Shown: positions 58,561 to 64,000 of the stretch, one piece after another
How positions within the stretch are numbered: position 1 is the stretch's first letter
Layout: the number at the start of each line of letters is the position of its first letter
DNA from: Trichoplax adhaerens
Taxonomy: Eukaryota > Animalia > Placozoa
Assembly (NCBI RefSeq): GCF_000150275.1
Contig: NW_002060944.1
Span: forward strand, 3,724,123 to 3,788,122
Direction of reading: 5' to 3'
Length of the DNA: 64,000 nt
Position numbers and translations under genes: made by a program
Notes under the pieces: model-generated
What the model saw: only the letters and a program-made list of their open reading frames with translations
The model's database searches: none
What the model was told of the DNA's origin: nothing

Positions 58561-60879
58561 TGATGAATAAATAGCGAATGAAAGTTACGCCCATAGAGTT
58601 ACCTTTATAATCACGTAGTAGTCTTAGTTATCCATAAAACAAAGCACCACCTAGCGATACGATTCTCTACATATGATTTGTATCATCTGAGAGTAAATTA
58701 TATAATACAAAATGGGAATTTAAACGGAAAATGCATCACATTGTTACAAATTTAATTTCTCCAATATAACTTGCAATATCTAGAAAACTCTGTACTTGCA
58801 GTAGAATAATGAGGAATCATTTTTCTAGACGTGTTGATCCGGTGTAGCTAAAAGGCGAGAATGATGGAGAATTTATTAAATATTTGTCAATCACTTCGAC
58901 TTGATCAACCTTTTAATGGTATTGTTCGATAAATAAGTATATTTATCGATGCTTTACCTTAAAAGGAAAGAATGACAAATATTAAAACAAACTAGAGCTC
59001 ACAACTTCTTTAAACTTTAATTACGAAAATATACAATAGAAAGCCAGAGAGAAAAATACTAGCTATAACTATGAAACCATAAATTAAGGACAGATATGCA
59101 AAATAAACGTATTGTTCTGGTATGGATAATTTAATTTTAAGAACTTATCTAAAAATATGCCTATTCTATTACTCTCGTGAATAGATTGAGGCACCACTTT
59201 TCAGAAAGTTATCGTGAGTTCTAAAGTTAGGCTTCTTATTTATGTCTAGCCCAACTGACAGATAGTTTTAATAATATCTAACCGATATTAAAATGGGACG
59301 AAAAGTTTTACATGTATGAGTTTATCACAGTATTGAAGACCACCGTTACGTATAAATATGCCGTATTGATTGTTATACAGTTGATAGCTTGTCGTTATGG
59401 TTATCGATTATAAAACTAATTGATTTTCCAGTAAGACCAAGTGAGTTAGTGAGATATCTAATTTACAAGAAAGCTCAAAGGTCAAAACGTGTTCTATGCG
59501 TGCTCTTACGTATTATACAATATAGCATAAAGATATGTAAATTAAGGTCTTAGAATAGACGATAGCAATATCATTTATTAGTATTAATTTCCATGTACAG
59601 TACATACGCTGAAGCTGTTCACGAATATAGATAGTAGATATAAAAGCGAGCTACGGTGCTTTTCACATTAAAGAAATTTTGTTATTTTTATTGCTTACGC
59701 AAAAGAAGAAAGGCTATCTTTTTTCTACTGTGAAACTTAGGAAGAGGCTTCTAGTTATTACGGAGAATTGATCTTGATAAGTAAGGTAGTTTGAGATATA
59801 AGGAGACCCACATATATTTCTGGGGTATCTTTGATACAAGGATACATATATTGGTTACAGGGTTAAACCGTCTTGATATGGATTAATCTTTATCTAGGTA
59901 TAGTAGACATGACTGTAAGTTTAACCAACATTTAAATACGGAAAATTTATAGAACAAACGCGCTCAATCACTTTCTTAATAAACGGAAGGCAGTCCTTTT
60001 CGATTCGAACGTTTGATATTAAGGAAAGTGATCAACCAAGATTAAAGTAATGAAATGGATATATAAATATATCCATTAAATCACCCTATACAAGGGTAAT
60101 ATCGACTTTAGTTTAAACTTTTAACAATATTACAAGATAATTTGCGATTAGCTAACTTTAAAAAGGAATAAAGAAAAGTATTGCACGCTTTTATTTCTAT
60201 TTCCTTCTAAGTAAACAATATCGAATTGAGCCTCTAGACATTTTTGCATCGTGATTAACCGACATTAAAGCAATAGAAAATGTATTGTAAGCATTCATTG
60301 AATCGTTGTCTTAAGGAGCAATATTAAATTAAGACTGTAGATAGTATCATATAGCGATTAACTGGCGGTACCATAATTAAAAAATTATGCATATATTTAT
60401 TATATTACCAAAGCTCAAAGGATAGTAAAGGCTGGAGTTTGAAGAGCACAATTATAATAAGTGATTGAAAATCGACGAAAGTATACAAAAAGAAGTTAAC
60501 ATATTGAGTAAATCTCCTTCTCTAGAGGAAAGGATTCTTGAAATCGACGTAGATAATTATAATGTAACGAAAAGTAAAGTAATGAAAATGAAACGGAAAG
60601 TAACTCATTGAAAGTAAGGTTAATTTGACTTGTAACAAAGCAATGTTAATTTTTAATTTTTATTGAATATCTAAACACGTATGTAACCTTTTATTGAGGC
60701 AATAAAAAAGTAATGAGTACGGTCTATTTATAAAATCGTCTATTTAAAGAGTAATATCGGTTGTAGTTTAAATGACAACGAATAGAATAAGGTGAACGAT
60801 TTGCTTTCACTCTAAGCATTATAATGAATTAATATCAATTAAGGGTATAAAAAAATACCAAATGGGTTGATTAAACTGT

Positions 60880-62050
60880 CTACTCAAAGAGTATTGGCGG
60901 TTTTGGTGTAGGCTAAAGACATTGCAATTACTCGGTGTTGAGGTAATAAAAGAATATTGAGTTAGGGTGCCTTTAATTCTAAATCTTCTTCTCAAAGAGC
61001 ATTACAATTGCTCGATGTTGAGTCAATAAAACAGTATTGAGTAATAGTGCTTATGCTTATTAATCGTCTTCTCAAAGAATCGTATCGATTTCAGGGTTAG
61101 ATATCAACATTATAACGAATGGATGTTAAGGTAATAAAGAGCGCTGAGTAGTGGTGTACCTTCTATTTATTTATGAAATTACCTACCCAAAGAGTAGCAT
61201 TCATTACAACTTATTAGAGTATTCATATTATCAGAAGGTAATGTAATAATTTCAGCTAATTACAGTAGTTATGTGCTAGGGAATACAGTGACGGTATGCT
61301 GTGTAGAATAGTATGTCTTAATAAAACAAGAGTTAATTTAACAGCTCAGAATTTGGAGTTGCCGAATTGCGAACCTAGGTTTGAAAAATGCATACGCTAC
61401 AGGTGACTAACAGATGTTAAAGTGGTAATGAAAGAGTTTTGAGTATATTAATAAAAGAATTTTGTCAAAGAACAGCATCGATTCTAGGTTGGAGTACAGA
61501 ATTTGCACTAAGACGAATAGTCGATATTCTAGGGGCAATAAAAAAGTCCCCACCATTTCATTATATCGTGTATTAAAAAATGAGGCATCAGTATTAATTT
61601 AGTGTACAGATATAGTAATAAGACAACAATTCCATGTTAGCGAGGCAATGAAAGAAGATAGAGTGAGAGTGCATATATAAAAAATGATCTTTTTAAAGGG
61701 CAAATTCCGTTTTAGCTTAAAGGATCGACATTATAATAAATCGATGTTGAGGTAATACGCATAAAATAAGACTAAAAAGACTTTATTCACGTAATTATTC
61801 GTTTCATTAACACTAGCCACCATTTAACTTATGTTAATGAGGCAATGAAGGTGTACTGAATATCTTTCTAAAATGATCAAACACCATTATCTATTTTGTT
61901 TTAGATCTTGTCGCTATTACAATACGAAATGCTAAGAAATCAATTAGAATATTGATCCAATCGTCTCTTCAAAGAGGAATATCGATTTTAGTTTCACCAG
62001 AACTATTGCTTCCTAGCCGATCTTGACCCAATGAAAGAACATCAAGTAAG
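60880..62050. repeat. Highly degenerate tandem array, ~80-120-bp unit
   Basis: Recurrent (C)TCAAAGAG/A...ATCGATT...GATGTTGAGGTAATAAA..GTATTGAGT blocks at ~60883, 60991, 61071, 61187, 61466 and 61969. Confidence 0.65.
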
Positions 62051-62059
62051 TATTTACAA

Positions 62060-62705
62060 AGCTCCTTCTCAAAGGCCATTATTCACTATAATTATTATAG
62101 ACTCTGCTGAATATCGTGATAGCTGATTAACCACGGGTAAACTACCGTATTAAAAAGCACTGCATTCGTATAAGAGCAAGATCGTGTTCAACTTAAGAAT
62201 TTAGCCCTTGTTCTTAACCATTTTTTCAACATTCAAGACAAGAAGAAAATCTGGGGTGCATTTGTAAAGCTACTTCCACCAAGATTAATGTGAACTTTAA
62301 GCTTCTTACATTTTATTAAGGTAAATAATCACATTGGCAAAGTCATCCTATCAGCTTCTCAAAGAGCCATATTAGTATTGATTTGACTGTAGGTTTTAAT
62401 GGCTGATTAACTACGGTTAAAGTATTGAAAAGGCACTATATTGGATAGAATTTAAAATAGCTTTGTATTAGAGCAAGATCGTAGCATTCAACCTTAAATT
62501 ATAGGTCTTACTCAAAATCATTTTACATCGTTAAAGGCAGTAAGCAAGTCTGGTGCGCATTTTTAAAACTATCTTCACCAAGATTAATGTGTACTTTAAG
62601 CTTTTTGCATTTGAATAAGGTGACTAATCAACGCTAATCTATCAGAAAAGTTTATAAGTAAAATTATCCTAACAGCATCTCAAAAAAGCCATATCAATAT
62701 TGATT
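62060..62705. repeat. Degenerate tandem repeat, ~2.1 copies of ~300 bp
   Basis: CACCAAGATTAATGTG.ACTTTAAGCTT at ~62277 and ~62576. GCTGATTAAC, AGAGCAAGATCGT and TCTCAAA..GCCAT also repeat in register. Confidence 0.8.
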
Positions 62706-63349
62706 ATCATGGTGTAATGCTGGATCAAGAGCTCATCCTTTTACGTGACGATAATAATAATCATATGTAATTAACTATTAATACAGGAAGGTCAAAGTTA
62801 TTCATTTGTGTTTGTCTGCTGTGAATACGATTACAAATAACTGTCATTACATTAATAATAGCAATTTGGATCATTCTAATTTCTTAGTGGATAGAAATGA
62901 TTGATATAGGTCTACTGTATTTGAGAGCGAATTTAGAGTGAATATGACTAATTTTCAATGGAGTAAAGTAAATAAAGTTAAATATCCTTGGAACTGATTC
63001 TATCATGAAGATGAATGTTATGATCGTAAACTAAGCAGTAAGAAGTGAATTCCAAACTGTAGGTTTAATAAGTTAGATTGATTGATGATTAAAATGCAAG
63101 AGGTAGACTATAAAAATTAATCAATTTTTTTTATAATATCTTGTAAGGATGAGATTTGTTATCTAAAAAACTTAATAAGAAAGGATCAGAATTTGTCGCA
63201 CTGTCTTAGTATCAACTTCCATAAGCCGAAAGTCTAGTTGTAAATAAGGTAGCAGAAGCAGTGCATGGCTTTGCTAGGGTTACGAGTTGAAATAAAAGAA
63301 AGCTGTTTTTCTCTTAAAAAAATTTCAAATTCTGATAAGCAAATAAAGG

Positions 63350-63945
63350 CGATAACTTAACTAGAGAAGATACTAGCGATTAATAGGCATGATGATACTG
63401 ACGATTTAAGTAATAACTAAGGAATTTGTGGGGAAAATAGTATATAACATATGTTATATATAGATAGTGTGATAAGCTAATCGGAGATACTAACGATTAA
63501 TAAAACGCGACGATATTTGACGATTTAATAACGAAGGAAGTTGTGGAGAAAATAATATATTTAGTATGATAACCTTATCAGAGATGATGCTGTACTAGTG
63601 ATTTATAAGCATGATAATATTAATTATAATAAAAGTAATGAAGGAAATTATGAAGAAAATAATTTATATAATATGATAACCTAATCGGAGATAATACTAG
63701 CGATTAATTAGCGTAGCGATATTGATGATTTAAGTAATAGCGAAAGAAGTTGTGGAGAAAATAATGCATTTAGTATGATAACCTAATCAGAGATAAATGC
63801 TATTGATTAATAAGCGTGACAATATTTATAATTTAAGTAATGAAGTAAGTTATAGAGAGAATCATTTATACGAATATAGAATGATAACCTAATCGGACAT
63901 AGTACTAGCGATTAATAAGCGAAAAGATATTGATGATCTAATGTA
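63350..63945. repeat. Degenerate tandem array, 6 copies of ~100-120 bp
   Basis: Units start with GATAACCTAATC(G/A)GAGAT-like cores at ~63351, 63471, 63568, 63675, 63777 and 63883, followed by TACTAGCGATTAAT and GAAGTTGTGGAGAAAATAAT blocks. Confidence 0.85.
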
Positions 63946-64000
63946 ATGTAACTTAGTATTGTGATTGTAGACAGTTAGCCATGTTTAGTATAATGTACGG

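Overview
AT-rich (~30-35% GC by eye), intron-dense genomic DNA from an animal. Short GT-AG introns, compact genes and the gene set suggest an early-branching metazoan, possibly a placozoan such as Trichoplax (inference only). I reconstructed seven spliced protein-coding genes by hand: an LMO4-like LIM-only gene (-), protein kinase N (-), an unrecognised small type-I membrane protein (+) with signal peptide, furin-like site, RKKCC and PPxY, a Raw/OLRN-1-like gene (-) built as two [EF-hand pair + nucleoside-deoxyribosyltransferase-like] units, a short Roquin (+) with RING and ROQ but no CCCH finger, PSMD5 (-) and DPP7 (+). Six of these genes form three head-to-head pairs. The most striking non-coding signal is a set of dense TACAG/TACTG (TACTGTACAGTA) 'islands'. 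They sit in all three divergent intergenic regions and in the roquin introns, but are missing from the two ~10-kb gene-poor stretches and from the LMO 5' region, which instead hold old, degenerate 100-300 bp tandem arrays. Several perfect hairpins/palindromes are also present. I saw no tRNA, rRNA, CRISPR array or intact transposon. Most short ORFs in the supplied track are spurious.
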